Source of the DNA: Octopus sinensis
Taxonomy: Eukaryota
Assembly (NCBI RefSeq): GCF_006345805.1
Contig: NC_043010.1
Coordinates: forward strand, 46,810,001-46,874,000
Reading direction: 5' to 3'
DNA length: 64,000 bases
Of this stretch, positions 36,360 through 49,554 are shown one piece after another. Position numbers and translations under genes: made by a program. The number at the start of each line of letters is the position of its first letter. Within the stretch, counting starts at the first letter, position 1. The notes below the pieces were generated by a model. It ran no database searches and had not been told where the DNA came from. It worked only from the letters and a program-made list of their open reading frames with translations.

Positions 36360-38045
36360 ATACACACACACTTATATTTGTCCATACATATCTATCTATA
36401 TACAGATATATACACACAGACATACATATATTATATTTATACTTATAGAATACATCTGAAGAATGTTATTTATACTTATATTTTCCTTGGATAATGGAAC
36501 TGCAACTATAACATCTTCATACATTTTTATTTTTATTTCTATATTCAAATTCCTATTTCCCTATGTACTTCTTATTTGTTTCCTTTTCCAAAATAACTCC
36601 TCATATTGAACTCTAATATCTCCCTCTATTTAACCATTTCACATTGCCTCTGATAAAAGGGATGTCCCTAATATCACAGAAACAGCTGTAAGACTAACTT
36701 TCTCTTTATAAATATCTTGAAAATTCCATACAACCTTGGCTTTATTGTCTCATTTTATTTAACACACACACACACACACACATATATTAATGAGGAAGGC
36801 CAGTTTATGTGATTACTCTGGGTTTCCCATCCATAAAGGGTTTAGCTTTATGGTGTTTCATCAGACCCCAAAACCTGTTGGCCTATGCACTCAAATACAC
36901 ACACACACAGATAATTACACACATATATGTTATATATATTGTTGATGTCATAAGAATTTATAAACTGTCAAGAGAACATGAAATAATTCTTTGGATCTCT
37001 ATAAACAATACCTTAAAAAATTTGGGGTTGAAAAACCCTTTAGATAGTAAAAATCAAATGCTTCCAATGAATTCAAACCCACATTTCCTGTAGACATGAC
37101 ATATTTAAAAAAGCTTTTAGAGAGATTTCCTGATACAGTTCAACTATTCATAAAAAGATTTTCTTAAATCAAAAGTTATTAGTTATATAAAACACAATCT
37201 TTGGGAAGGGAGTTTTTGTATTCTGTAAGCAGTTTTATTGTTTACAGTTTTTCAAATGTGCTATGGGTAATCTATATAGAGGAAATTGTTTTTAGTAGGA
37301 GTTTTGACTATTTCTAGTTTAGTTTGGGATTTAGAATTCTTATAAAGCATCCTTTTGCCTTTCAGAGTTGGTAATTTTCTTTTATTTTGAATTTTCCATT
37401 TGTACAAATGTCTAAATGAAATATTTATAAGAGATAAATCTTAAATTTGTTGCTTATGTACCCTAACCCAATCTATTAATTTATATCTTGTTTGGCCAAC
37501 GTAATTTTCATCAAATTATGAGCATGTGCTGCAGCAAATGAGGTTTTTTTTATCTTGCAATTCATATTCTCTCTCTCTCTCACACACACACACAAACACG
37601 CATGCACACTCTCTCTGTCACACACATTTTTCACTGACCACTTCACAACCTCCCTACCAGGAATACTTTCCCTATATTCACACTCTGCTCTCCTCCACTA
37701 CCTCTCTTATCCCCTCCAATCTCTCTTTTCTGCCCTGCTCTTGTTACACTCACAATTCCTTCACCTTCTGTGACTTTTTTTATCTCATATTTTCTTCTTC
37801 TGCTAATCGAAGACTTTCTCATCTCTTGAACTTTGGCCCTCCTCCTACAACTCTGCACTTCATTTTCTTCAAGTCTTGCCCATCCATCTTTCACCTCTCT
37901 CCTTCATATTTTCTTTCTTATATTTTCCTGTGTAATTTGGGATTGAACTCAGAACCAGTTCATTGCAAAGCAAACTTTTAAACCTCACTGCCATGCTAGC
38001 ATCTTTATGTAAAGTAATTTCTTTTCTTTTCTTCCCTTGTTTCAG

Positions 38046-38210
38046 TTCAAATAAAGACGGCACTACAGTACTTCACAGAGCTGCGCAAAAAAATCATGTG
38101 GAAATTTTGAAATATCTTTTAGGAAGAGGTGCAGAACTCAATTGCAAGGACAAAGATGGTTATACTCCTGGAGATCTGGCCAAAATATTAGCCAACAAGG
38201 AATGTTCAAG
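38046..38210 (+). CDS. ANKRD53: ANKRD53-like coding exon 3, ankyrin repeats (SNKDGTTVLHRAAQKNHVEILKYLLGRGAELNCKDKDGYTPGDLAKILANKECSR)
   Basis: Acceptor tttcag|T, donor AG|gtaag, 165 bp, phase 2-2. In frame with the previous exon. Confidence 0.92.
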
Positions 38211-40206
38211 GTAAGACAACAAGACAGCATTAGTTTTGGCTATTATATTGGTCCATTATTTTATAAATTTAGTCCATGATATAACTAAAGTGTGATAGAA
38301 ATACAGACGATAAACTGTTTGAAAGTGAAAATTATTATTTTCCAGTTGTTGTCCCTTGTTAGAAACTCATATAATAATCATTTCTTTTGACTAGAAAGAA
38401 AACCAATTATCATAGGGAAGGGTGAAAGTGAGTTGGATAATTCTCAAAATACAACTGATACTCATTTTAAAACAAACTCCAGAAGGCAACTTTGAATGCA
38501 GAGGGAATTTGATATCAAAATGCTTAAGGATGACATTTCTGCCAGCCCAGTTTCCTATACTAAGTACAGTAATGATATATTTTAACATAGTATAAAGCCA
38601 ATTCTATGTTGGAGTGAGGATATAATCATCAGTTCATATAACTGATACTGAAACCATTTTTTTAAAAATTTCATTTTATATAATTATTTGAATAAAACAT
38701 ATGAGCTGATTTTCACTTTTTTTTTATCAACCAATTTATTATTCATCTAGCAACAATTAATTTCCTTCACCAACTTTAATTTTTCTTAAGACAAGTCAGC
38801 TAGAGCTATGTCCTTTACAATGGCTGATGTGTGGAAGTAAAATATTTGCATATGTAGAAAGTTAGTTTAGCTTTGGTTAACAGTTCAGCAATAGAGACCA
38901 ATAGAATAAGTATTAGACTTACAAAGAATAAGTTGTGGGGTCAATTTCTTCAACTAAAAGCAATGCTCCAGCATAGTCATAGTCAAATGACTGAAATAAG
39001 TAAAAGAATAAGAGAATATATCATCTCATCATCATTTGATGTCCATGTTCCATGCTAGTATGGATTGAGTGGTTTGATAAGGATCCAATGAGTCAAGGAC
39101 TGCATCATACTACAGTGTCTGCTTTGATATGCTTTCTATAGCTGGATGCCTTTCCTAACACCAACCACTATACAGTATGTACTGGGTGTGTTTGTCATGC
39201 CACTGGGAAATATTAAGGTCACCATGTAGCTTGCAAGTCAACTAGCCCAGGGAGGGAGAATGTTGCCTCTGTATGTTAGATGGGGGTTAAGGTGTGAAGG
39301 AAGAAATTGGAGTAGAGCATATTCTTGTTGTAGAGGAGCTACATAGCAACTCGGATTTAGAAGAGAAAGTGATATATGCATGTGTGTGTGTGTGTGTAGG
39401 GTATATATATATAATATAAACACACATATATATATATTCTTTTATTTGTTTCAGTCATTTGACTTCAGGCATGCTGGAGCATTGCCTTTAGTCAAGCAAA
39501 TTGATCCCAGGACTTATTCTTTGTAATATTCTGTTGGTCTCTTTTGCTGAACCTCTAAGTTATGTGGACATAAACACAAGTGATGTTGAGGGGACAAGCA
39601 CAGACACACAAACATGTGACGGGCTTCTTTCAGTTTCCATCCACCAGATCCACTCACAACGCTTTGGTCAGCACAAGGCTATAGTAGAAGACACCTGCCC
39701 AAGGTGCCACACAGTGGGACTGAACCCGGAACTATGTGACACACATCACAACCCTCCTTTTGTTTCTTATAATCAGAATTGTTGAGATGATGAAGCTGCA
39801 TTAATTCTTTTTTCTCATTTTATGTTAGAAAATAAATTAGATAAATTTCTATCTCATTTGCTAACTTACATCAGTAATTCATTTACAAAGCCAATTTTGA
39901 AACTATCACTATCATATCACGCATTTTCCCAAAACTTGAGGGGGTGGGGTTGCATGCAAGCTTGTATTGAATGGTTGGGTCTACAACATACGTTTCCAAA
40001 TATCTCAGTTCTGTGTCACACCATTTGTAAGTCCTGTTTCATTTTGCACTTGCTCATTACCTTATCACATTTTCACATCTATCATGCTCTATTCATTTAT
40101 AGTGTAGTTCTCTCCCTCTCTCTTTAGATATGTTAACAGTCACTTTATCTCTCAATGCATAAACTTACATTTTCTAAAGAAATATATAAAACAAATTTGT
40201 TTCTAG

Positions 40207-40993
40207 GATTCTAGAAGCTGCAAAGTGGCATGAAAATAAGAAACATCTTGCTAAACAAATGAACCAACTCAGTATCATAAAATACCAGATTATTCATGGT
40301 CAAAGAAAATACACTAATATATACAATGAAAAAGATCCTACATTGAATGAAACAGAAAGACAAAAATCAGAAAATGAAACTCAGACTAAACCCAGTAAAA
40401 AACCAATTAAGAAAACAGTGAAATATAGCAAATCAACTGTGAAAAAAAAGCGAAGTGCTCCAGCTTCATATAAATGGAATTATGAAAAATCTACAGAAAA
40501 AGGAGAATTTCAAAAATACATTCCTAATCTAAATGATGAATACCCAAGAGATTTCTATACACAAATGCCAAAAGTTCCTGGAGCCAATAAATATTATGAT
40601 GGCAAACATAAAGATACATATGAAATACCTGAGAACTTACTTGAATATCTTGACATGGAATTTGAAGTACCTGACTTACCTCGTGAAATTATTGCCAAGG
40701 CTTTATCAAGAGATCCATCTTTAAGAGATCGTCCTGTTGTCTTCAACTGTAAAAATGTTCTTGATGTTGAAACAAAATTACAACAAAAAGACAATAAAAA
40801 TTTAAAACATGAAGTCGGTCTTCACCTTTCCAATGACTGTTCATCATATTCATTTATAAATGCCTTACAACCAGAGACCAAAATGCGTCTTGAGGAGTCA
40901 CTTGGTGATAAAATAATTAAAACTCCTTTGAAGAAAAAAAGTAAAACTTCACCAAAGCAAAAAAATCTTTTTAAATCATGTTTACAAATATAA
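40207..40993 (+). CDS. ANKRD53: ANKRD53-like terminal coding exon (ILEAAKWHENKKHLAKQMNQLSIIK...FKSCLQI*)
   Basis: Acceptor ttctag|G, phase 2, contains the 244-aa ORF 40259-40993. Motifs AKWHENKKHLAKQM, WNYEK, VPDLPREII and VGLHL parallel the human ANKRD53 C-terminus as I recall it. Total CDS 1248 nt = 415 aa. AATAAA at 41119-41124. Confidence 0.88.
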
Positions 40994-43115
40994 TTTCTGA
41001 CAAATTGTGATAAAGCTATCTGAAAACTATTTTTTATGAACTTGGAAGGAATGGTGCTTTATTAACTTTAAACAAACAATTATAAATATGTTTTTAAAAA
41101 TTAGCTTAAAATTTAAACAATAAATATTTTGGTTAATGAGAAAATCCTTTTGTTTTAATCCTTTCTATTTTAGCTTATCTGATTAATTCAGGAGCATATT
41201 TGTTGATTTTTCATATACAAGGGGGTGCTGAAAAGTTCCTTTGGGTAAAATAAAATACAGGAGGATCAGTTAAATATGATTTCATTCAACATATTTCCCT
41301 CTCAGATTCACACACTTATGGTGGCAGTCCTTCAGTTTTTGTAAGCCCCCGTAAGAGAACTTGGAAGGCTGGACCTCCAACCAGGCCTTTCATGATACCC
41401 TTAAAGCCAAGAAGTTTTCAGTACCCACTCTTATCTCCCACGTACTTGCTTACTCTTATGTAACTGAAAAATTACTCTGAATCTCAAGATTTGTCACTTC
41501 TGCAAAACACTGTCAAACCAACAAGGAAGTTTCTATGTGGTCATAAAAGTTGCAAGAAATAGCAGCCAATTGTTCCTTGACACTTTTGTTACCATATTTC
41601 AGTGGAAATACACTGCCTTTATCTTATCTTATAAAAGAGAAGTGGATCTCCATTTTTCTGTCCATTACATCTATAAGAGGGAGGGAAAGGAGGAAAGGTT
41701 GTTGAGAGAGAAATACAGTGAGGAGTGTGTATAAAAGATAGATTGGTAGAGAGTTACTATGGTGACAAAACTACCTAGCTAACAAGTTTTGATTGAAAAT
41801 GCAGGAATTTTAAGTGCAAGTCTGTCAACACAACACAACATAGACTTCAATAAAAGGTTGTGTGTGTGTGTGTGTGTATATAGTTTTATTTTTGGTTGTT
41901 TGTGTGCATGTGTTTTTTTCTATCTCTTTCAATATATCGACAACACAACATAGACTTTAAAAAAAAGACTTTCACTTAGAACAATTTACAAAGGTACTTG
42001 CATGATTAACAAATATTTTTACCAGCAGCATATGCTACAGGAAATGACTTAGTATCAATTAATTTTGAAAATAATGAAGAATTTAGTAAAATAATTGTCA
42101 TTATTAAACTAGTATTTGGAACATAAATTTACATGAAATTTTGATGAAAGGTTTTTAACTTGGATCACTTTAAAACAGGAAGTTTATATCATAGAACCAG
42201 AGGCAGTGTCAGGAAGGTTGGTATTAAAAGGATTAAACTACACCCTATCACCTTGTTACAGTTGAGACTTGGAGAATAATGTAGTTCTATATTCGTAATG
42301 CCTGGGATGTAAAAGCACCTGTGCCAATGGCACGTGAAAAGTACCATTTACATTCTTCGAGTGATTGGCATTACGAAGGGCATCCAGCTGTAGAAACCAT
42401 GCTAAATCAGACTGGAACCTAGTGCAGTTCTCTGGCTTACCAGTTCCAGTCAAGCTGTCTAACCCATGCCAGCATGGAAAGCAGACACTAAATGATGATA
42501 CGCACATACATAGTTTTGAGATTATATATAATGTTAGTATTTTAATTTGGTCATCTTCCTGAGTGCTTCAATGATTTCACATGAGTTAATTTTTGTCAAC
42601 ATTTGTCATTCCACTGTCCTGAAGCAAGTTGTCCACATAGGTTAAATGTTTTCTTCCCCTGTTGATTCTTCCTTCAATTGACAGCCAGAATATTAACTGA
42701 CACAGGTTTTTCTGGGTGCTTGATGCAATGACCATAGTTTTTTGTACAAATATCTGGATACATCACATGAAATAAAAAATGACAAAATTTCTTAACATTT
42801 TCATTCTCTCTTTCTCACACACACACAGCAGATATATAATTATAAGAAACTCAGACACTTAAACAGAGGCTTCATATAATTTTATTTAATGTTTTGCCAA
42901 ACAGATTTGGCTCATCTTTAACAAAATAAAATTCATCTCTTTTATTTAAATGTTAAGAAAAAATATTATAAAATATTACATATTTTAAAAAAACGGTAAT
43001 ATATACAATTTTATTTAAGACATTGAAAAAAAATGGCTTAAAGGAATTTAAGGTAGAAAAAAGATATGTCTTGTTGAAACCCTTTGATATAGATCAAATA
43101 GTTGCAAATGATTAT

Positions 43116-43233
43116 TTAAATTTCTAAAAACAGTTTAGAATTTATTTCTTCTTTTTCTTCATGTAAATGTTGGAAACTCAGTGATGCTTGTTGTATCGTT
43201 AAAGATTCAACGGCTGCCGACAACTCAGTTATC
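43116..43233 (-). CDS. HAUS8: HAUS8-like terminal coding exon (ITELSAAVESLTIQQASLSFQHLHEEKEEINSKLFLEI*)
   Basis: Acceptor accttag|G, stop TAA at 43118-43116, minus-strand AATAAA at 42886-42881. The 11 exons total 1329 nt = 442 aa with no internal stop. Exon structure is solid; the HAUS8 identity rests on by-eye similarity. Confidence 0.85.
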
Positions 43234-43864
43234 CTAAGGTTTAAAAGAAAAGGAAAAAGAAAAAAAACTAATTAGAGCAATTCTAATAATGCTCTAGTTA
43301 AATTATGCAAAATAAGCAAAATGTTTAATATTTTTCTGGTATTTAGAATACTACATAATAATTAAAACCAATCACATTTTTGAAGGGCTAAGAAGCATAC
43401 ATCATCATCTTTTGTTATGCTGTATGAATTAAACACTAATAACATATTTTCCCCAAAACAATATGTAACTATCTGTGGTTACCCAATGTCTGCAGCTATT
43501 ATATTATTTTGGAGATAGTCATTTAGCTTTTATGTGTCAGTCATTGGACTGTGGCCATGCAGGAGTACCACCTTAAAAGGTTTCTTAGTCAAACGAACTG
43601 ATCCCAGTGCTTAATTTTAAGTGTGGTACTAATTCTAGTTGTTTCTTTTTGCTGGGATGTAAACAAAACAACACTGATTGTCAAGTAGTGTCGGGGGACA
43701 AACACTATATATGTATATGTATATATATATATTAAGGTATGTAGAAAAATACAACATGGACAAGAACGTATAACTCTTAGAAGACGATACAATAAACACG
43801 GACAGGACATTCGAAACCCTCAGTCTTCAGTCAAGAACCGGATCATCGTAGTAATTTCGGCTGA

Positions 43865-43901
<37 letters not shown>

Positions 43902-44320
43902 ATATATATGAGCGAGGTCATTGCCAGTGCAACTTGACTGGCAGGTGACACGTAAAAAACACCACTTGAGTGTGGCCATTGTCAGTACCACCTGACTGAC
44001 CCTCGTGCCGATGGCACATAAAAGCACCCACTATACTCTCATAGTGGTTGGCATTAGGAAGAGCATCAAGCTGTAGAAACTCTGCCAGATCAGATTGGAA
44101 CCTGGTGCAACCCATGCTAGCATGGAAAGCGGACGTTAAACAATGATGATGATGATATATATATTCTAGGTAGTCAGGGTAAATTCCAGCTCTTTCCCCT
44201 TGAAGTATATCTGCTTATTCCATTATTACAATCCAATATGTAGTCTCATTTACTGCTGTATGTTAGTGAAAATGCATATTAGAATTGAGAATTATGGAAA
44301 ATTATTTGCAGAGTTTTTGT

Positions 44321-44573
44321 ATAAAACAGGAAAATGGGAATTTTTTTGTATTATTTATTCACCATTACATATGTTTCATTTGCTAATAGGAATTACAAAG
44401 TTTTACATGCTAGATAGACATATAAGGTATTTCCTCTGTCTGAAGAATTTCTAATAAAAAATTCCTTACATGTCTATCAAACATGTAAAACTTTGTAATT
44501 CCTATTAGCAAATGAAACACATGTAATGGTGAATAAATAATACCAAAACATTTCCACTTTCCTGTTTTGTTAT
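44321..44573. repeat. Imperfect inverted repeat, about 112-bp arms, 26-nt loop
   Basis: Core ...tattatttattcaccattacat.tgtttcatttgctaataggaattacaaagttttacatg... has its reverse complement at 44459-44573. Confidence 0.9.
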
Positions 44574-45510
44574 ATACACAAGCAATGGGCTTCTTTCAGT
44601 TTCTGTCAACCCAATTCACTCAAAAGGCTTTGGTCAACCTAGGGTTATAATAGTAGATGCCTAAAATCTCTTCTGGTTAAATCCGATCATGTCTTCCATG
44701 GTTTATATATGTGCAGACTTCAAAGTTTATCCCTTGTATACAATCCACTGTCATCTTTCATTTTCCACTCGTGGTGGATAATATAAAAATGTGCAGAGCA
44801 AAAGAAATGTACCACTTTCAATTAAATAATTGTTGACATTAATTGATTTGTTGTTTGGCTAGCAAAGTTAAAAGGGTTTCCAGATCTAAAGGAACAGTAT
44901 GGCCATTTCACTTTTTGGCACCAATGTCATTGCAGGAGTTGCCAGAACAAGATTGTAGATAACTTCAGACTGCCTTACAGACTTCAACTCCCAATTTCTA
45001 TTCCGGGTTTACTCTCACAGTCTTTTCCATGGCTGGGTAAGATTACAAGGACCCCAGCAGGGATAACTACTCAGAGTAGACCAGGGAACAGTAGTGGCTA
45101 AAAGGTGGCCCCACATTCCTTGGAACCCTGGAACTCCCAAACCAGGGCCCCACTACTGGATGTCATTTCAAGTCATACCCATAATATTTTTTATATAAAG
45201 TTCCTGTAAATACAATATTGTTGGTTATTGCAGCAATACATTATCCAAGAATATTTGAATGGAGAAATAGACAAACAGATGTGTGAAGGAAAGTAGATAA
45301 AATCCCTTTTTGCAGCAATCAACAACTAAGGTATAGACACAAAGACTTGAAGCCATTATGAAAATTTGCCTCCTGCTTAGTTGTCTAGTCTTTCGAAATT
45401 TTCCACATAGATACAAGAACATGTTTATGGCTTGAATTAATGGAATAATTACTTTGTAAGGAAATAAATTGATGGAAATGGTAAGTACTGAAGCCCAAAT
45501 TGATACTTAC

Positions 45511-45661
45511 TGCTCAATTTCACTTTTCTCTGTGGAAATTGTATCAACTAAATGTTTCAAGTGGGAATTGTACAAGGACAAAGATGGCATCTTAGTTTCG
45601 GTTACATCATTTATTTTCTCCAAAAGCTTTTCTGTTTCTACAAAATTATTTGTCACATCAT
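45511..45661 (-). CDS. HAUS8: HAUS8-like coding exon 10 (DVTNNFVETEKLLEKIND...TEKSEIE)
   Basis: Acceptor poly-T ag|AT, donor CA|gtaagt, 151 bp, phase 1-2. Confidence 0.88.
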
Positions 45662-45886
45662 CTAAAAAAAAAAATGAAAGAAACAAAACTAAAATTTAAA
45701 TATGATTTCAATTTCACACACATCCTCAGCAGCCTCTGAAAAGATAAAATACAAAACAAACAAATTCTTCACTTGACAACTAAAAATCTACAAACACTAG
45801 TCCACCATCCTGTCTTTGTCAATTCTTACACTTTTGACAAGTTTCCAGTTTTCTGAAATAGCCAGCTCTGTACCATCCCCACTTAA

Positions 45887-46107
45887 CCCTTTAGCATTTA
45901 AACCGGCCATATCCGGCCAAAAGTATTCTGCCTGTTTTATGTTCAAACTGGCTAGATCTGGTCTCTCACACCAACCCTACAATATCGTTTTAAAAATTAA
46001 GAGCTACCTCATCAAAATCTCACAGGTACAAGATTATGCATGATTAGTTCAAAACAATGTGGATAAAAAAGCATTAATTTTGGCAGAATAATATGAACAC
46101 TAAAGGG
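45887..46107. mobile_element. piggyBac-type MITE
   Basis: TTAA|CCCTTTAG...CTAAAGGG|TTAA. A homologous copy in opposite orientation at 55511-55729 is also TTAA-flanked. Confidence 0.8.
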
Positions 46108-47045
46108 TTAAACACACTTGATGCATCTACCTCCCCTATTTATTAAGGCTCTATACTTACTTTTCTTCAGTGCAGATGAGTCAATAGGGTTTCAAATGAT
46201 CCACCAAAAGTCTTTCATTCATATTGTCACCAGCATTACATTATACTACAGCCATAAAGACTTTACTCACCACCTGGCTTTAAGCAGATATTGCTGATAG
46301 CAGAATTCCCTGCTGTAATCACAGCAACAGAAGAACAGTATTAACGAGTATTTCATTGACTGCAGTGATCAGTGCAATTACACAGGCAGGAAAGCTATTT
46401 GCAATAAATTACTATCTTCTTCTTCTGGGAAACACATCTTTAATACTCTACAACCTAGAGTTTAGTACAAGCCTAATGGATCTTTGTGATTTAAAAATGA
46501 TTAGCTTTTTTTGTTAAAAATCTCCGATCTACAACACTTCAAACAGGATATCAACCATCTCTCATTTTACCAAGCTAACTCCACCACTTCTCAGATTTAT
46601 AAATTAAAACTATGTATTTTGTAAGGGTGAAAGGTAATATTATTAATAATGGTTTCTAAGAGTAGCACAAAGACACACATTTTAAATCAAGATGAAATTG
46701 AACTTATCTCAGTACTTAATACTAATTTTATTGACCCAAAAGCATAATATGCAAAGTCAATCACATATATCAGTATCCTATGAATGAGGGAAAAATTACA
46801 ATGATATACTTGTATTGGCACAAAGCTATAGTTGGTAAAATCAAACCCAGTATTCAATGAAACAACAGAACAAGGAGGCTACAACAACAGGCTATTTTGT
46901 ATGTAGTAACAGTACTGTTAGTCTGCAGTGCAAATCCACTAAAGAGTTGTGAAAACAGCAAGTACAAATTCTATGCAACATTTTGGAGACACACAAAAAA
47001 GAAAAAAACACGTTCATAAAGAGAATAAATTAAATGAATAATTAC

Positions 47046-47184
47046 CAATGTAGGATTCATCATTTGGATGAAAAATTCCTTCTGTAGCAATCTGATGAGA
47101 AGCCTTACCCAATACTTCAGCCAAATGATGATGTTTTGATTTCATATCAGATAAGGAGTCATTTACTTTGGAAATTGCACTTCT
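47046..47184 (-). CDS. HAUS8: HAUS8-like coding exon 9 (RSAISKVNDSLSDMKSKHHHLAEVLGKASHQIATEGIFHPNDESYI)
   Basis: Acceptor taaacag|AGA, donor G|gtaatt, 139 bp, phase 0-1. KHHHLAEVLGKASHQIATEGI aligns by eye with human HAUS8 QYRTFATALDTTRHELPVRSI. Confidence 0.88.
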
Positions 47185-48148
47185 CTGTTTATAAAAGAAA
47201 ATGTTAAAACATTTATTATTATTATTATTTATGGGAGGAAAGAAAAAATTTAGATTATCCCAAAAGTGAGTAAGATTTCTCAATGCTAATTTCTGAAAGA
47301 GATAGTTTCCTGTATGATAGACCCAAGTAAGATCACAATGCAATATCTATGAAAGAATTTAGAATTACAACCTATGAAACAACAGTTCAATATCAATTCT
47401 TCAGTTTCCAAATGTCTCTCCTATGACTACAGGGTTAATGACTTAACATCTGGTTTTTCTGTTGGGCAAGGTAACTGCAAACTGAAACATTTGTTTGAAT
47501 TTCCAGGCCTAACATTTTATCAGTCTGGTCAAATCACCAATTTGCAGACTTCTGTTTTAATTCACTAGAGTAACATGAATATAACAAAAAATTATGTATC
47601 CATTACACATTAGGTGTGATTGTGTGGTAAGAATTTGCTTCCCAACCTCATGGTTTTGGGTTCAGTTCCATGGCATGGCACCTTGCGCGTCTTCTAATGA
47701 AGCCTCAGGCTGACCAAAGCCTTGTGTGTGGATTTGGTAGATGGAAACTAAAAGAAACCCATCATACAGATATGTGTGTGTGTGGATTTGGTAGATGGAA
47801 ACTAAAAGAAACCCATCATACAGATATGTGTGTGTGTGTATCCCCCACCAGCACTTGACAATTGGCATTGGTATGCTTACATCTCTGTATCTTAGTGGTT
47901 CTGTAAAAAGTACTAATAGAATAAGTACTATACTTAAAAAAAAAAAAAGGACTGGGGTCAATTTGTTCCACTACACCCTTCAAGGTGGTATGCCAGCAAA
48001 GCCAAAGTCCAGTGAGTGAAAACAAATAATATATATATTGTATCACAGGGATTAAATGATGTCTTCCTTATTTAACAATCTATAAATGTTTGTTTTATAT
48101 GTCTGTGGAGAAGAGGCACAAGAAGCTATTCTATATGATAATACTTAC

Positions 48149-48268
48149 CTGAAGTTTACCACACTTCATAACCAAATTATGATGACGTATTTCCTTCACT
48201 TTCTTATCTAAATTTAATCCTCTCTCACACTCGGATTGAATTAAATTATGGAAATCTTGAATCTGCCT
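48149..48268 (-). CDS. HAUS8: HAUS8-like coding exon 8 (RQIQDFHNLIQSECERGLNLDKKVKEIRHHNLVMKCGKLQ)
   Basis: Acceptor ttaacag|AGG, donor CAG|gtaagt, 120 bp, phase 0-0. Confidence 0.88.
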
Positions 48269-49437
48269 CTGTTAAATATTTAATACAATGTAGATTTATT
48301 GATTATGGTTAAGGGAAAAAAAATCAAAATACAACAATAATAATGACTTTTTTTTCACAATGGTCCAAGGTTACATATTTGTGAGAGAGAGAGAGAGAGA
48401 GAGAGATGTTTAATTGACCCTGATATATGACTGGTAGGACACAGAGTGATGATAAAAAGCTACTGAATCCCAATAGAGATTTGAATGCAGCTTGTAGGAC
48501 AAAAATTAATAATGATGAGGGTTGATGGCAGGAAGAGTATCCAACCAAAGTAAACTCTGTGTGAATGAATTCTGCTCAACCCATACAAACAAGGAAAAGT
48601 GGGAATTGAAGTGGTAAGAAGCTTGCTTCCCAACCATGTTGTTCTGGGTTCAGTCCCACTGCATGGTACTTTGAGCAAGTGTCTTCTACTATTGCCTCAG
48701 GACAACCAAAGCCTTATGAGTGGATCTGGTAGACAGAAACTAAAAGCCTTTCATATATATGTATATATTATCCAAAATGTATAGTATTAGATATCTATCA
48801 CAGCTGATCTTATCAATCGGTCTTACATAAAGAATACAATGGAGTGTTAGGTAACAATCCAACTATATAACTTTACACTCATCAGAGTTAGCTAATATTG
48901 AAGGGAATATGGCGACTGTTCTCTATTGTCGGAGGTGGATTAGCACATATGTCTATGTGCGTGTGTCTTTGTTTGTCCCGTCACCCCACTGCTTGACAAC
49001 TGGTGTTGATGTGTTTATGTCCCCATGACTTAGCAGCTCAGCAAAAGAGACTGATGGAATAAATACTAGGCTTAAAAGAATAAGTCCTGGGGGTCAATTT
49101 GTTTAACTAGAAACTGTCAAGGCAGTGCTCCAGCATGGCCAGAGTCAAATGACTGAAACGAGTAAAAAAAAAATATATATATGTGTGTGTTTGAGAGACT
49201 TTTAATACAAAAATATTCATAATGTTATTACATCATAGTTAGTTTGAGGTTTACTCTACCATGCTCATATAGGTCAGATGGAATTTTGTTGAGATAGAAT
49301 TTTGTTTTTCTATGGCCAGATGCCCTGCCTGTCACCAAACCTCATCTCTGGTTCCAAGCAAGGAAATATTCTCTCATAACCAGACATAGTATATATATAT
49401 ATATAAAGAAAAAGAGAGAGGATTGATAACTACTTAC

Positions 49438-49554
49438 TGCTGCATCTTCTTCTCTCTTTTGCATTGCTTTCTGCATCATTTTATCAAGATAAAGTGTTTG
49501 GAGGTAATTGTTGTATAAAATATCTAAATCTTTTTGTTTGAAACGTGCCTTTTG
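49438..49554 (-). CDS. HAUS8: HAUS8-like coding exon 7 (QKARFKQKDLDILYNNYLQTLYLDKMMQKAMQKREEDAA)
   Basis: Acceptor atatctag|CAA, donor GCA|gtaagt, 117 bp, phase 0-0. Start of the augmin-type coiled coil. Confidence 0.85.

Noticed and set aside
43810-43870. Type II hammerhead on the minus strand (CGAAA...ATC...CTGAAGA)
   Set aside because: Stem I and the G10.1-C11.1 pair of stem II cannot be formed in this register.
45469-45699. Plus-strand 76-aa ORF (also 51136-51417, 56375-56563)
   Set aside because: Antisense shadows of genuine minus-strand HAUS8-like exons.
46161-46450. Extra HAUS8 exon suggested by a strong gtaagt donor at about 46160
   Set aside because: In-frame TGA shortly upstream and no usable acceptor; flanking exons already join in phase.
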